This document shows positions 40,618-54,487 of a stretch of DNA of 64,000 nucleotides, in pieces. Numbering within the stretch: the first letter of the stretch is position 1; every line of letters starts with the position of its first letter. Both the position numbers and the translations under genes were made by a program. Source of the stretch: Octopus vulgaris (taxonomy: Eukaryota); assembly GCA_951406725.2 (NCBI GenBank), contig OX597833.1:53134001-53198000 (forward strand). Reading direction: 5' to 3'. The notes under the pieces were generated by a model, which saw nothing but the letters and a program-made list of their open reading frames with translations, was not told the origin of the DNA and made no database searches.

Positions 40618-41026
40618 CTACCTATATTGTCCAGATTCTGTTCGCCTTTTTAAAACGGCGTAGTTTCATTTGAGAGAGACGGAGGTAACATATATATATA
40701 TATATATATAATGGGTCTGGCAAACGTGTAGAAGCTTCCACATTTTGCACGTAATATCAGCAGCTGTGTTACCCTGAACTTTATGACGAGTTCTACATAT
40801 TTTATGTGCGCTGGGATTTTACGAGTGTGTTCAACGGTGAAATGCGTGTTGTTGGGGCATTTAACGTCACACATTTCCTTGATCTGCTGCTTCAGGTATC
40901 TAAAAGAAATCTAAGTTATGATATAACTCTCAATTAAGATACGATTACCAGATATATTTCATATTCCATAGAATCCAGGACAGCTGTTAAAATAGTCTGT
41001 ATTATGTCTTATCCAGTATATTTAAC

Positions 41027-41680
41027 TGGCACTCCGTCGGTTTCGACGAAGCATGTTCCAGTTGATCCGATCAACGGAACAGCCCTTTCGTGAAATTAAC
41101 GTGCAAGCGCCTGAGTACCCCATAGACAGGCGTACCCTGAACGTAGCTCTCGGGGAGATTCAGAGTGACACAGAATGCGACAAGGCTGGCCCTTTTGAAT
41201 TACAGGTTTGTTGTTGCTTGTTCCTTCTCGAGCAATCCCTGGCTCATAAGGGCCGGTTTCCCGGTTTCCTTGGCGTATAGGTTCCCCACCTGGACGGGAC
41301 ACCGGTCCGTCGAAGGTGAGCTGCATGATGCAGGAGGAAAGAGTGATAGAAAGTTGTGGCGAAAGGGTCAGCAGAAGTTTCGCCATTACCTTCCGCCGGA
41401 GCCGCTTGGAGCTTAGGTGTTTCGCTCGTAAACACACACATCGCCCGGTCTGAGATTCGAACCCGCGATCCCTCGACCGCGAGTCCGCTGCTCTAACCAC
41501 TGGGCCACGTGCCTCCACTTTTGAATTACAGGTATAATTCATTTTTTTGCTAGCTAAATAGACCAGAGTAACGTAAAAGGAAATACCTTGTTCAACGACA
41601 CAACGCAATACAAGGAATCGAACTCACAACCATACGATCGTGAGTCGACTTCCCTGGACACTAAGCCAACGCCTACATAT
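41027..41680 (-). mobile_element. SINE family C-type copy split by SINE D
   Basis: Family C tail at 41027-41207; tRNA-like head at about 41600-41680. Confidence 0.75.
41208..41518 (-). mobile_element. SINE family D, full length with TSD
   Basis: Head gtggaggcacgtggcccagtggttagagc..gggttcgaatctc and (caa)n tail. 15-bp TSD ttttgaattacaggt at 41193-41207 and 41519-41533. Confidence 0.88.
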
Positions 41681-41699
41681 CCGGTATTTTCTTTTCTTT

Positions 41700-42161
41700 T
41701 ATTTCTTTTATTTGCTTCAGCCATTTCACTGCAGTCATGCTGGAGCACCGCCTTTAGTCGAAGAAATCTACCCCAGGACTTACTCTTCGTAAGCCTGGTA
41801 TTTATTCTATCGGTCATTTTTGTCGAACCACTAAGTTACGGGGACGTAAGCAAACAAGCATCTGTTGTCAAGCGATGGTAGGGGGACAAACACACATACA
41901 CACAAATATATACGCATGTATATATACATATATTCTATTATTCTTCTATTTTTTCAGTCATTTGACTGCGGCTATGCTGGAGCACCACCTTTAATTGAAC
42001 AAATCGACCCCAGGACTTATTCTTTGTCAGCTTAGTAGTTATTCTATCAGTCTCTTTGCCGTACCGCTAAGTTACAGGGACGTAAACACACCAGCATCGA
42101 TTGTCAAGCGATGGTGGGGGATAAACGCAAGCACACAAACACACGCACACATATATACGTG

Positions 42162-42219
<58 letters not shown>

Positions 42220-42373
42220 TATATATATACATATATATATATATATTTACGATGGGCTTCTTTCAGTTTCCGTCTACCACATCCACTCACAAGGGTTAGA
42301 CATTTGCCCAAGGTACCACGCGGTGGGCCTGAGCCCAGAACCATGTGGTTGGTAAGCAAGCTACTTACCACAC

Positions 42374-42439
<66 letters not shown>

Positions 42440-42690
42440 CCTTCATATGTATGTATGTGTGTGTGTGTGTGCGTGTCTGTCTGTCTTTGTCCCCCACCGC
42501 CACCACTTGACCATCAATGTTAGTGTGTTTACGTCTTCGTAAATTAGCGGTTCGGCAAAAGAGAACCGATAGAATAAGTGCCAGACTTTGAAAAAGTACT
42601 GGGTCGATTCATTTGACTAAGCATTCTTATAAGGGTGTGCTCCAGCATGGCTGCCATATAATGACTGAAACACGTAAAAGATAAAACCTA
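41700..42690. mobile_element. Cluster of SINE family A pieces (41700-41890 -, 41950-42378 -, 42470-42690 +)
   Basis: Repeated atgctggagcacc, ctaagttac.gggacgtaa and gatagaataagt motifs. Confidence 0.8.
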
Positions 42691-42863
42691 ATATATATAT
42701 ATGTATATATACGTGTGCGTGTGTGTGTGTGTGTGTGTGTACACACCCACCATCCTCATCTAAATATTTCTTGGTTACTATTATCGTTCTGTTATTAGAC
42801 GTGTTTATCTGCTTGTTTAATCTTTTTCTCTTTCGCTGACACTTAATAGACAGACAGACAGAC

Positions 42864-42932
<69 letters not shown>

Positions 42933-42945
42933 CAGACAGATAGAC

Positions 42946-43019
<74 letters not shown>

Positions 43020-43480
43020 ATAAAAGCAATTTTTTTTTAATGGCCTCCACTTCGATGTCTGTCGCTAATTGTAGCGCCCTCTAGGGAGGAGAAGCGGTAA
43101 TGGAACTAATATTCAGTGCCAATACACATTGGTCTCGCATAAGTCAAGTTCATATTTGTTTTCCCTTAAGAACTGTCAAGAACAGTTAACGATTTTGATT
43201 GCTTTGGTTACTCCCAGGCTGAACGTTTAGCATGATCTAACCGTAATTGTAACACAATTTTTATTGGCTTTAATCATTTTAATCAGAAAGTTAACAGCAA
43301 AAACGTTAGTCTGCGTCCATTGCCTGATTCGTTTCATTGTTTCCTTGTCGTTTCAATTATATCAATAAGAAGAGAAATGAAATTCGAACGAACGTTTGTG
43401 TATTTGATAATTGAAGTCATTATTGCAGAATGTATAATAGTAAAGAGTGAAAATATAGCTTATTTGTTACTCTTTCAAAT

Positions 43481-44220
43481 GCGGCGAGCTGACAGAATCG
43501 TTAGCACGCCGGGTGAAATGCTTTGCGGTATTTCGTCTGCCGTTACGTTCTGAAATCAAATTCTGACAAGATCGATTTTGCCTTTCATCCTTTCGGGATC
43601 GATAAACTAAGTACCAGTTACACACTGGGGTCGATGTAATCGACTTAATCCGTTTGTCTCTCCTTGTTTGTCCCCTCTGTGTTTAGCCCCTTGTGGGTTG
43701 TAAAGAAATAGAAATAGGTATTTCGTCTGCCGCTCCGTTCTGAGTTCAAATTCCGCCGAGGTCGACTTTGCCTTTCATCCTTTCGGGGTCGATTAAATAA
43801 GTACCAGTTACACACTGGGGTCGATATAATCGACTTAATCCGTTTGTCTGTCCTTGTTTGTCCCTTCTGTGTTTAGCCGCTTGTGGGTAGTAAAGAAATT
43901 GGTATTTCGTCTGTCGCTACGTTCTGGGTTCAAATTCCGCCGAGATCGACTTTGCTTTTCATCCTTTCGGGGTCGATAAATTAAGTACCAGTTACACACT
44001 GGTGTCGAGCTAATCGGCTTAATCCGTTTGTCTGTCCTTGTTTTTCCTCTCTGTGTTTAGCCCCTTGCGGGTAGTAAAGAAATAGGTAGTAAAGAAATAA
44101 GTATTTCGTCTGTCCTTACGTTCCGAGTTCAAATTCCGCTGAGGTCGACTTTGTCTTTCATCCTTTTGAGTTTGATCAAATTAGTGCCAGTTGAGCACTG
44201 GGGTTGAAATAAACGACTTG
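43481..44220 (+). mobile_element. SINE family B concatemer (4 cores)
   Basis: One head at 43481. gtatttcgtctg units start at 43528, 43718, 43902 and 44101. Confidence 0.9.
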
Positions 44221-44861
44221 ACTATTCTTGAGTAAGAGTATAAAAACTGCACCCCTCTGCCAAGCCAGGTCGAGCTAGTTCGGCAGGTTAGGCTCATCAC
44301 ACCAATATGATTTCAATCTGAAATTCATGGCTTCTACATCGGGTTATGGTAGGTGAAGAGAACATACTGAGGCCTTCGCCCTGCACAGGACTGAACATAG
44401 ACAATGCAATCCAGTTCAAATACTATTTTACACTTTTACTGGTTTTAGTCGCTAAACAACGGCCATGCTAGAGCAGCATCTTCAAGGGCTTTGGTCTCTT
44501 ATATCGACCCCAACCTCAAGTGCTTATTTAGGTCTGGTACTTATTTCATCGATTCCTATTTGTCGGAATACTTAATCATAGGACATGGGATGACGCTCCA
44601 CTGGACACACTTACCATCGTTGTGATAATTGTGTAATTGTATAATGTATATATAAATATATATGTAGGTATGTGCATATATGTTTGTATGCATATATTTA
44701 TATATTATTTATATTATTATTATATATACATACATACATACATACATATATGTTTATAAACGTATATATATACATATACATATGTCTACATAAACTGCTT
44801 TACTTGTTTACTTTTGTTATGACAGCCCATCTAAGGTGACAACAGCGTGTGTATATATAAA

Positions 44862-45069
44862 ATGTGACCGCGTGTGTACCGTTGGCGATTCTTTTCCTCC
44901 GTCTTCCCTTCTCTGGATCTTTCCTTTTCCTATGTTTCTGACGAAGAGCTCCGCTCGAAACGTTAAACCCTCCTTCTTCCCTTCCTTCCTGAGCGTCCAA
45001 TAATACTATATTTGTTCCACGTCCTCGCGTTGTTGTGTTTTCTCTTTGTGTTTTCTTGTTTAGATAACT
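44862..45069 (+). mobile_element. Penelope-like pLTR fragment / short hammerhead-bearing element
   Basis: Homologous to 36249-36443 and 6840-7025; carries an intact hammerhead core. Confidence 0.7.
44934..44968 (+). ncRNA. Minimal type I hammerhead ribozyme
   Basis: GUUU CUGACGA A GAGC ucc GCUC GAAAC GUU AAAC. CUGANGA and GAAA boxes, stem I GUUU/AAAC, stem II GAGC/GCUC, helix III reduced to palindromic ACGU. Confidence 0.72.
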
Positions 45070-45082
45070 ATATATATATATA

Positions 45083-45488
45083 GGCGCAGGAGTGGTTGTG
45101 TGGTAAGTAGCTTGCTTACCAACCACACGGTTCCGGGTTCAGTCCCACTGCGTGGTACCTCGGGAAAGTGTCTTCTACAATAGCCTCGGGCCGACCAAAG
45201 CCTTGTGAGTGGATTTGGTAGACGGAAACTGAAAGAAGCCTGTCGTATATATATGTATGTGTGTGTGTGTGTGTTTGTGTGTCTGTGTTTGTCCCCCCTC
45301 CAACATCGCTTGACAACCAATGCTGCTATGTTTACGTCCCCGTTACTTAGCGGTTCGGCAAAAGAGACCGATAGAATAAGTACTAGGCTTACAAAGAATA
45401 AGTCCTGGGGTCGATTTGCTCGACTAAAAGGCGGTGCTCCAGCATGGCCGCAGTCAAATGACTGAAACAAGTAAAAGTGTAAAGAGTA
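45083..45488 (+). mobile_element. SINE family A, full length
   Basis: Same head and tail as 38976-39376. Confidence 0.9.
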
Positions 45489-45663
45489 TACATACATAAA
45501 TATATGTTTATAAACGTATATATATACATATGCATATGCCTACATAAACTGCTTTACTTGTTTACTTTTGTTATGACAGCCCATCTAAAGGTGACAACAG
45601 CGTGTGTATATATATATATTTGTATGTATATGTATGTATATATGTATGTATACACACACAAAT

Positions 45664-45697
<34 letters not shown>

Positions 45698-45975
45698 ATG
45701 TATGCATGTTTATATGAATGCATGCATGTATGTATGCATGTATTTACATATGTGTAAACACATAAACATTTATCTCCATTTATTAATACATGTTGAGCTT
45801 GCCTACATTCATCCATCCTAATATGCTGACATGTCAAACACACAAACATTAATATACATTAATCAAGTGAGCGAGTGTATGCGTGTGCCTGTGCGTGTGT
45901 TGTGTGTTTGTATGTGTGCTTGACATATATGAATAGATATCTGGATAAATGCACGTATGCATGAATGTATGTATG

Positions 45976-46040
<65 letters not shown>

Positions 46041-46793
46041 CTGTATTCGTATTAATATAAATGTTAAACGTGAGCTCATTCCGCGTCTTGTGCCGGGTAG
46101 GCAGTATCTTCGTAATGTTTACACAACTGATATGAATCCAAGATATATGGAAGGAGGAACGAATTAACACTGTAAACAACAACTACACCAGCAGATATAA
46201 CACCAACGACAACAGCAACAGCAGCAACAACAACAACAGCAGCAGCAGCAGCGACAACAGCAGCTACAATCAAAAATCGTCTGCAATGCGCCTACAGCCC
46301 GCCTATATGTCTCTGCTCGCAATACGATTCATTGACAGTCATGCGTACACAACGCTACACACACAAACACACATACACACACACACAAACACGTAGATAC
46401 TAGCCTGTATCAGTATACATTAATGTTGTCTAACTTAATTGGCCATTTGCAAAACCAATATCTTCAGTCATGTAACGAGACGCCAGCCTCTCATCATGGC
46501 TGCATCAGAGCGATCCCGCCCGTTGACTTCCGGTTGTTGAGTTCCTTTCAAAAACAGACGCGCGTGACAAAAACGAGTCGAAAACGCAGTCGGTAATTTC
46601 TTTCTCATTGCTTTCGAACTAGTTACAGCAGCGAGAGACGATCGTCTAAACAACAAACCTTGTTAAAGAAGCTGTGAGAACAGAGAGACAGTAAATATGA
46701 TCGGTGGTTATATATATGTGCAACCGGAAGGTGTTGCCCGTTGAAGGTGTTATTACCAATAAGAGATTGCAAAAATAGATGGAAACGTAGAAA

Positions 46794-46851
<58 letters not shown>

Positions 46852-46856
46852 TGACT

Positions 46857-46915
<59 letters not shown>

Positions 46916-47008
46916 GGCCACACAGGGCCGAACACAGAGAGGACAAATACAAATGTAGAGCTTTTCTTTTCGAAGATGGAAAAAGAAAAAGGGAAAAAAA
47001 GAGACGGC
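46916..47008 (-). mobile_element. Retroelement 3' tail embedded in (GATA)n
   Basis: Homologous to 7490-7560; (GATA)n on both sides. Confidence 0.55.
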
Positions 47009-47092
<84 letters not shown>

Positions 47093-47109
47093 TAGACAGA
47101 CAGACAGAC

Positions 47110-47171
<62 letters not shown>

Positions 47172-47230
47172 AAAAAAAACCTATGAATATTATGAATATA
47201 ACATAACAGGCGATACGTATTAAGTAAGGA

Positions 47231-47261
<31 letters not shown>

Positions 47262-47838
47262 GAAAACGAGAGAAGAAATAGGAGAGAAGAAACAAAAATG
47301 GTGAAAAGCAATGGGAGAGGTAAAGAGGAAGGGAGACAACCAATGTATAGGTCATATTCTAGTTTTGCCTTCGCTTTTGTTGTTATTGAAAAGAAAAACA
47401 CCCCATAAACACGGCGTACGTCCAGATATCTTGTTAGCAAGAAGGCGTTGTTAGTTACAGTTGATTTCCTTAATTATTCGTGTGGAGATGACAGGAATAT
47501 AAATTTGATTCTTTACATTCTCCAGTCACACCAAATTTGTTCCCCATTCGTTCGCTGGCAGTTATTTTGTTATATTTTTGTTTCAGTTATTTTTTTTTTG
47601 TTTTTCTTATTTCTTTATTAAGAGGTGGGTGTAAGTGTTAAATAGTTTTTTTCCTTTAATTTTTTAATTTATATTTTTTTTTATTTATTTATTTATTTAT
47701 TTTTATTATATTATTTACATGCGGTGTGCGTGTTGCTGGTTTTGCTAAGCTTAAACCCTTCTCTAAGCATGGATCGAATTAGGAAAGTAAACAAACTTGT
47801 CTCCTTGTTTGTTTATATTATGTATAGCCATAAGCTAT

Positions 47839-47893
<55 letters not shown>

Positions 47894-47945
47894 AATGCAC
47901 ATACATATAATTACATATGTATATATATATATATATATATTGGTG

Positions 47946-47989
<44 letters not shown>

Positions 47990-48496
47990 TTATATATATG
48001 TGTGTGTATATATATATGTATATGTATATATATATATATGTATATGTATATATATATATATTATGTACATATGTATATATATATATTATATGTACATATG
48101 TATTACATGTACATATGTATATATATATATACATATGTACATATAATATATATATACATATACATATATATATATATACACACATATATATGTATATATA
48201 TATGTATATATGTATATATATATATATATATATAATTATATAATTATATGTAAAAGTATAAAGAAGTGTACATATATTTATACATGTACACACGCACGCA
48301 CATACACGTGTGTGTATGTTGGTGTGTATATGCTTCTGTGTGTGTGTGTTTGTGTGTGTGTGTGTCAGTGTGCTGAGTGTATACAAAAAGAATAAGAGGA
48401 ACGTACACATAGATACACGATCACAGTAGAATAATACCAGAATGCAAAAACATACGCTGTACACATATATATAAATTAATATAAAATATATATATT

Positions 48497-48546
<50 letters not shown>

Positions 48547-48547
<1 letters not shown>

Positions 48548-49799
48548 CAGGTCATTCCATAAGTAATGTCCGAATTTCTTTATTGTCAATTTCTAAACGC
48601 TTTAACAGTATTTTAGAATGTCTAATGACATCAAGTAACATTTATATGTATTTGGACATGTTTAAACTAATCAAATTTCATTTTGCAGGATAACGTAATT
48701 GAAATTTCGCTAATTAGAGCTCTTCAAACATGGAAGAGTCTAAGGAACATTTGAGGCATATAATACATTATGAGTTTACAAAAGGGAATTCTGCAACTGA
48801 AACGACTCGAAATATTCACCCAGCTTATGGACAACAGAGCATGAATAAAAGAATTTGCAGAAGATGTTTTGTAAAATTCAAATTTGGAAATTTCAGGCTT
48901 GAAGATGAGGCCAGAACAGAACGTCCAATTGAGTTTGATGACTCGCTCATTTTGGGAGAACTTGAAAAAGATCATGCAGTTTCAGATGAATAATTGTGAA
49001 GCAAGCTTCATTCGTGTCATACAACTGTTCACTGCCATCTTCAAGAGCTTTGGAAGGCTCCCAAACTCGCAAATGGGTGCCTCATGAAGTGTCTGAAGCC
49101 AACCGCAAATCCTGTGTGCACTTTAGCTCTTCTCTTCGTTCCCGTGGGGTGATGAAAAATGTGTCCACTACCAAAATATTAAGAGTCCTAGACATTGGCT
49201 TGGTGAGGGGGAAATGGGCCTGACCTCAACCAGAATGGAAACTCCATGTGAAGAAGGCTCTTCTCTCTGTTTGATGGGATTCCAAAGGAGGCATCCACTT
49301 TGAGTTGCTACCAACTAATGCAACAATCAATGCTCAAATCTACTGTCAGCACTTAGAGCATTTGCATGCTGCTTTGAAGAAAAAAAGTCCTGCTTTAGTG
49401 AACCGAGAGGGAGTATTGTTTCATCAAGGCAAAGCAAGTCCCCACACTGCAAAGATCACGTCACTGAAGATCAAGGAACTTGGCTGGGAGAAAATTGTTC
49501 AACCGCATTATTCCCCAGACCTTGCTCCTTCCGATTACCATTTGTTCCGTAGTTTACAGAATCTTTTGGATAGATTAACTCTCGAAACAATCGAGTAAGT
49601 CGAAACTAACCTTTTAGAGTTCTTCTCTTCAAAACCGAAATAGTATTTCACTAATAGCATTTAAAAGCTTACGAGTAGATGGAAAGACGTCATAGATAAC
49701 CATGGAAACTACATTGATGATTGAGTTTCATTAAAATGTAAGATTCGATCGCGTGTTTTCCTTATTTAAAATCCGGACATTACTTATGGGATGATCTGA
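48547..49799 (+). mobile_element. Near-full-length mariner transposon
   Basis: TIRs ta|tcaggtcattccataagtaatgtccgaattt ... aaatccggacattacttatgggatgatctga|ta; 1253 bp. Confidence 0.95.
48730..49724 (+). pseudogene. Mariner transposase pseudogene
   Basis: MEESKEHLRHIIHYEF..LEDEARTERP, KWVPHEV and PHYSPDLAPSDYHLFRSLQN motifs, with multiple stops and frameshifts. Confidence 0.92.
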
Positions 49800-49966
49800 T
49801 ATGTATACATGTACTACTATTTCCACTTCTGGAAGCTATGCATCAACAACATCAACCAGGGCGAACACAACGACCGTGACGACAACGTAGCTACTACCAC
49901 TTTGGAAGACACCTTCACCGCTGTCGTAACACATTCTACTACGACTACTACTACTACTACTTTGGA

Positions 49967-50346
49967 AGCACTCCGTCGGTTACGACGACGAGGGTTCCGG
50001 TTGATCCGATCAACGGAACAGCCTGCTCGTGAAATTAACGTGTAAGTGGCTGAGCACTCCACAGACACGTGTACCCTTAACGTAGTTCTCGGGGATATTC
50101 AGCGTGACACAGAGAGTGACAAGGCCGGCCCTTTGAAATACAGATACAACAGAAACAGGAAGTAAGAGTGGGAGTAAGTTGTGGTGAAAGAGTACAGCAG
50201 GGATCACCACCATCCCCTGCCGGAGCCTCGTGGAGCTTTAGGTGTTTTCGCTCAATAAACACTCACAACGCCCGGTCTGGGAATCGAAACCGCGATCCTA
50301 CGACCGCGAGTCCGCTGCCGTAACCACTGGGCCATTGAGCCTCCAC
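49967..50346 (-). mobile_element. SINE family C, full length
   Basis: Head gtggaggctcaatggcccagtggtta..gtttcgattccc, end gtaaccgacggagtgc; sits in (CTA)n. Confidence 0.9.
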
Positions 50347-50373
50347 ACTACTACTACTACTACTACTACTACT

Positions 50374-50608
50374 ACCTATTTCTTTACTACCCACAAGGGG
50401 CTAAACACAGAGGAGACAAACAAGGACAGACAAACGGATTAAGTCAATTACATCGACTCCAGTCCGTAACTGGTACTTAATTTATCGACCCCGAAAAGAT
50501 GAAAGGCAAAGTCGACCACGGCGGAATTTGAACTCAGAAGGTAGCGGCAGATGAAATACTGCTTAGCATTTCGCCCGGCGTGCTAACGTTTCTGCCAGCT
50601 CGCCGCCA
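50374..50608 (-). mobile_element. SINE family B
   Basis: Head, core and tail X ending gaaataggta; flanked by (CTA)n. Confidence 0.88.
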
Positions 50609-50971
50609 TTCTACTACTACTACTACTACTACTACCATCACAGCTACCACCATTACTACCACAATTTCGGGTATTTAATTCTTCCACTTCCACCAACCGA
50701 ACCCAGCCATGAGTCCTTGAGATAAATATGACATCGCCATCAAAACGAAAATAGCAGTGTTGACGAAAACAACGACCGAAACAACAACAGCAGCCAATAG
50801 ACTACCGAGATTAGAGCGAAATAATAGGAGATAGCCGCCATGTTGAGTTTTTTGGGGACATTCCGAAGCTCAGGAAATCTATCTAAAGAAAACACAATCG
50901 ACGCAAAATCAAACACCAGACGTTCGCTCTGGTGTTTGAAACTGGCTACCATTTATATGTATGTTCGTGTG

Positions 50972-51024
<53 letters not shown>

Positions 51025-51324
51025 ATAACGCGATCGTTTCGTGTGGTTAGCAATACCTTTGAAATCAGTATTGAATCTCAAACGCTGTGGGGTCCCTGAC
51101 TAGTTTCTTTTTCTGTTTTTTCTCGTATTTCGGGGTCAGTAGGGACCTATTTTTTTACCCGTTGGCATCTCTTTACTTTCAACGTTGGACCATCTTTTTA
51201 AAAGTAGATAAAGACCTTTTTAAGTAAATAGAGTTTAGAAACGCTACCAGCTTAGCCGTGCATTTATAAACGCTGAACGTACACACATGAACGTACGGCA
51301 TCAACGTACACACAAGCGACGTGT

Positions 51325-51539
51325 GTATACATACATACATATATACATACATACATACATACATACATACATACATACATACATACATACATACATACAT
51401 ACATACGTACGTACGTGCGTGCATGCATGCATGCATGCATACATACATACATACATACATACATACATACATACGTACGTACATACATACGTACATACAT
51501 ACATACATACATACATACATACATACATACATACATACA

Positions 51540-51573
<34 letters not shown>

Positions 51574-51780
51574 CATACTTACATACATACAAATATGTGT
51601 GTGTGTGTATATATGTAGGCATATATATACGAATATATATGTATATGTATGTATATGTAAATATATGTATATGTATACGTATGTATGTATATATGTATGT
51701 GTGTGCGTATATATATATATATTATATATATATGCATATATACATATACACTCATATGTATGTATAAATATATGGTTCAA

Positions 51781-51821
<41 letters not shown>

Positions 51822-51849
51822 CACACATACACACACATATATGGTTCAA

Positions 51850-51919
<70 letters not shown>

Positions 51920-51943
51920 TTGAACCATATATATGTGTGTATG

Positions 51944-51988
<45 letters not shown>

Positions 51989-52100
51989 TATATAAATATG
52001 AGGTCATTGATGTGTTCTCATGTGTATGTGTGCGTGCGTGTTTGTATGTGTGTATATGTGTGTGTGTGTGTGTTTGTGTGAGTGTGTGTGCATGTGCATT
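51325..52100. repeat. (TACA)n / (TA)n / (TG)n tract
   Basis: Directly visible. Confidence 0.95.
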
Positions 52101-52468
52101 CATGTGTTAATGAGTTTGAAACCAAATAAAGAAATAGAAATATTCCCAGTGCTTATATACCCGTCTCTTCTCGGTAATCAACGGTGAGAAGGTAAAATAT
52201 TTCAAAACTGTACACACGGTTCGATACTGACATCATGCTGTTGGGAAACTGGGACATAATCCGTGTAACCCCTGCATTTCGTTTCACACCAAAATATAAA
52301 TACGTATATAAAAGGAACAACTTTTTTTTTCTTTCTTTCTTTCTTTCTTTTTTCCTTCCTTTCTTTCTTTCTTTCCTTTTTCAAACATGCTCTGTTAAAA
52401 ACTCGACTTGAATCCGTTTTATCAATTTCATATTTCCTTATTTATTAGTCCTTTATGTTTAGTTTTTC

Positions 52469-53142
<674 letters not shown>

Positions 53143-54237
53143 ATGTGTTTATTTTTATTTTCGATTTGTCTATATATGTGTGTGTATACATACATACATA
53201 ATATATACATACATACATACATACATACATACATACATACATACATACATACATACGTACATACATACATACATACATACATACATACATACATACATAC
53301 ATACATACATACATACATACATGCATGCATACATACATACATACATACATACATACATACATACATACATAAATACATACATGCATGCACACATACATAC
53401 ATACATACATACATACATTCATGCATACATACATACATACATTCATACATACACACATACATACATACACACACACATACATACATACACACATACATAC
53501 ATACATACATACATACATACATACATACATACATACATACATACATACATACATACATACATACAAGTACAGTATCGATTGTCGTCTTTCCCATCGAGGA
53601 GGAGAAAGACGAGAAACAGAGCTAAAGATAAATCTGGTGAGACTAGCAAAACAGAAATTGAGAGAACACAAAATAGTGAGACAGACAGACAGACAGGCAG
53701 ACAGAGAAAAGAAAATGAAGAGGAGGAGAAGGATGGAGAAGAGGAGGAAGAGAAAGAGGATGTGAGACAATCAGGGCTCTGAGGGAGTAGGTGAAGGTGG
53801 AGGCCTCTGGCATGGCGTGTCACGAATGTTACTCAGCGGGTTGTCCATAACAGAGAATGTTTGGCATCTGTAGACATAGTGGCATTGGTTAGACAACCAG
53901 TACAGATTTTTCAAGAACACAGTTGGTGTAACAATCGTGGACACACAGACACAAAACGCACACACACATACGCACACACACACACTCACACACGCACATT
54001 AACACTCACAGAGACATAGTGACACGAATATACGTAATCACACACATACACACACGCAAAAGGTTTCGGTGCTTTCACAAAGAAACACATACACGCACAA
54101 GGCACACATCACAAGCTTGGACATACACATACACAGTCAAACATACTTACACGCACAAAAAAAAACAAGGGGATATACACACACACACAGGATTTCAATA
54201 GTTCTAACACATATGCACACTCACATTGAAACACAAA

Positions 54238-54279
<42 letters not shown>

Positions 54280-54326
54280 TACACACACACATGCATACAC
54301 ACACACATGCATACACACACACACAC

Positions 54327-54394
<68 letters not shown>

Positions 54395-54427
54395 GGAAGG
54401 ATGGATGGATGGATGGATGGATGGATG

Positions 54428-54487
<60 letters not shown>

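Noticed and set aside
43481-44220. Regularly spaced repeats resembling a CRISPR array
   Set aside because: The whole 184-bp unit repeats with no unique spacers; the context is a eukaryotic SINE with no cas genes.
53760-53945. Unique sequence that might be an exon (similarly 60085-60280 and 63400-63700)
   Set aside because: No recognisable protein similarity or consistent splice-bounded open frame. Small exons cannot be excluded without RNA-seq.
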